The notes beneath the pieces were generated by a model that was not told the DNA's origin, did not search any database, and saw only the letters and a program-made list of their open reading frames with translations. A DNA stretch of 63,971 bases, filler included, from Guillardia theta CCMP2712 (lineage: Eukaryota; Protista; Cryptophyta): the NCBI RefSeq assembly GCF_000315625.1. It is 5 parts of 5 records of this genome, joined end to end, with 100 filler letters (N's around TTAATTAATTAA, not from the genome) between each part and the next. Parts side by side here need not be neighbours in the genome. Positions count along the whole stretch, not along the records: positions 57,342 to 62,834 come from NW_005434191.1; positions 62,935 to 63,971 come from NW_005434073.1; 3 more parts are not named here. One strand, given 5' to 3'. A program made the position numbers and the translations under genes. Below are positions 61,990-63,971 of the stretch, piece after piece; position 1 is the first letter of the stretch, and each line of letters begins with the position of its first letter.

Positions 61990-62770
61990 CTATTGGAAAT
62001 ACATCTGCAACGATTCTCTCTTTTGAATGTGCGTGAACCTGTAACTCTATATCAACACAAATTTAACATTAATTATCAAAACCAATAAGTGCAACATTTT
62101 TTGTGTGGTGTGATCATGCACGCATATATACATCTGCAACCCGAATACATAAGCAACGATTCTCTCTTTTGGAAATACATCTGCAACTTTTTGGATGTGC
62201 GTGAACCTATAACTCTATAGTAACCTATATCATTCACACCAATAAGTGCAATCCGTTTTTTTGTGTGGTTTGATCATACACTCATATATACATGTGCAAC
62301 CAATTGGAAATACATCAGCAACCTGAATGTATCTGCAACTTTTTGGATGTGCGTGAACCTATAACTCTATAGTAACCTATATCATTCACACCAATAAGTG
62401 TAATACGTTTTTTTGTGTGGTGTGATCATACACTCATATACACATCTGCAACCAATTGAAAATACATCAGCAACCCGAATGCATCCGCAACGATTCTCTC
62501 TTTTGAATTTGCGTGACTCTGTTAACCTGTGACAACTCAAATCTAACATTAAATATTAAAACCAATAAGTGCAACCTTTTTTGTGTGGTTGCCTCCGGCA
62601 AGCACAGCGTGTGATGATACACGCATATATACATCTGCAACCCGAATGCATCAGGAACCAATTGGAAAGACATTTGCAACCTTTTGGATGTGCGTGAACC
62701 TGTAACTCTATAGTAACCTATATCATTCACACCAATAAGTGCAATACGTTTTTTTGTGTGGTTTGATCAA
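61990..62770. repeat. AT-rich degenerate tandem array, 5 units of ~150-180 bp
   Basis: accaataagtg occurs at 62081, 62238, 62390, 62561 and 62731. gtgcgtgaacct occurs at 62029, 62197, 62349 and 62690, with a variant at ~62510. Confidence 0.88.
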
Positions 62771-63971
62771 CAGGGGTGTCACATCGCTCGAGCAGCAGCA
62801 GCTGAACTGCGTCTGAAAAAAACTTGGAACTTTTNNNNNNNNNNNNNNNNNNNNNNNNNNNNNNNNNNNNNNNNNNNNTTAATTAATTAANNNNNNNNNN
62901 NNNNNNNNNNNNNNNNNNNNNNNNNNNNNNNNNNCGATTTCAAGGAAAAGGAGTCCGATGATAAAGGGAGAGAGGGGAGGGAATGCTGCTAGGTCATGTA
63001 CCGGCATGATCTCGTGTCTGAATACCCCACCCCCTCTGAGGGGCCTCACCTTACAGTGCCCATTTCTGTGCATGTGACCCATCCATTGTCCGTGTAAAGG
63101 ATACTCTACTACCTCAAGGTTGACCAGTGACTGGACCCCTCCTCAACTTGCACTACCCGGCCCTCCCCGCTCCCCGCTCCCCACCCCACCCCTCCCTGCG
63201 GACCCCTAAAAAGAAAACAGAACTGAGGGCAGAGGAAGTCACGCTGGCATGGCGGTGTTCCTATCTCTGGGGACGCGGAAGCTTATGGCACCCCACCCCC
63301 CTCATAGATGACCCCACCCTTCCTTCAATACCCTTCAAGACTCAATCGGCACTGAACTGACACCACCCACCCTTGAAAGACCTGGCAGGACCCCCACCAC
63401 CCGATTCCCCACTTTGAACCTAGGGGATATTGTCATCCAGGCCAGCACATCGGCATATCTTCCACCCCACCTCCTGAGTTCATTTCGGACCCCACCACCG
63501 GTCCACCTCTCTCGAGTGCCCTCTTGCATGGGAGGGCAGGTAGGGGTTATACTTATTCACGATACAGGTAGCAGTTGTACTTCGATTCCCAGTGTACCCT
63601 TGTGGCTTTCAATCCTGACCCCACCCCACCCCCCTATTCAATGACACTTTAGTGAGCCTTGCCACCCATCTCAACCTACCCCCCTAGCCACATAAATGAG
63701 TTTCGATGCGCCGCCAACCCCCACCCCCACCCCATCCCTCCCTACCCTTCTGTACTGAAGATCTCCGCTCTCCCTCCCTGTCCTCCCATGCTCTCTCCCA
63801 CTCACGACCTACTCGACCTCCCGGTGAGCCACTCCCCTCTCACATCGCAGCACGTACACCCTCGATCCCGCCTCCTCCCGTACACGCATCCCTCCGACTC
63901 TCCTGTCCCCGCTCCTCCTGCTTTCCTACACATCTTCCTCCCCATTACCCTGACCGCAGACTGCATTGACG

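Noticed and set aside
61990-62770. Repeat-spacer (CRISPR-like or guide array) reading of the AT-rich units
   Set aside because: The intervening segments are homologous to each other rather than unique spacers.

Overview
This is GC-rich eukaryotic genomic DNA with short GT-AG introns and CT/GA-rich low-complexity tracts. The style fits a cryptophyte such as Guillardia theta (inference, not a database match). Four N-padded TTAATTAATTAA linkers join contigs, so adjacency across them is unproven. The main discovery is an apparently intact, AT-rich Fanzor (eukaryotic TnpB-derived RNA-guided nuclease) element on the minus strand at about 26093-28612. The 632-aa ORF looks truncated, but removing a 61-bp spliceosomal intron (26481-26541) restores the last Zn-finger Cys and the RuvC-III motif RDLNAALNI, giving 666 aa. 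Downstream lies a 52-nt hairpin (candidate omegaRNA scaffold) ending near CTTAG. Upstream lie a hairpin, a T-tract and TTAA (candidate left end and TAM). Two modular enzyme-plus-variable-repeat genes also stand out: a U-box/Tyr-kinase-like pseudokinase/ARM array, and an R-S-ExE ADP-ribosyltransferase/ankyrin array. Mobile and repeat DNA includes an 888-bp MITE with 95-bp TIRs and an AAAT TSD in an AT-rich island, a decayed Ty3/Gypsy-like relic carrying minisatellites, and a dispersed TTTACTCAAAGT repeat family. Housekeeping-type genes include a cytosolic carboxypeptidase, a STE11-like pseudokinase, a GT10 fucosyltransferase, a PDZ protein, an OTU deubiquitinase, calreticulin, a spermidine-synthase-like methyltransferase, an MRS2-like transporter, an INCENP-like SAP protein and a MAP65/Ase1-like protein. 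Outer coordinates of multi-exon genes are approximate.
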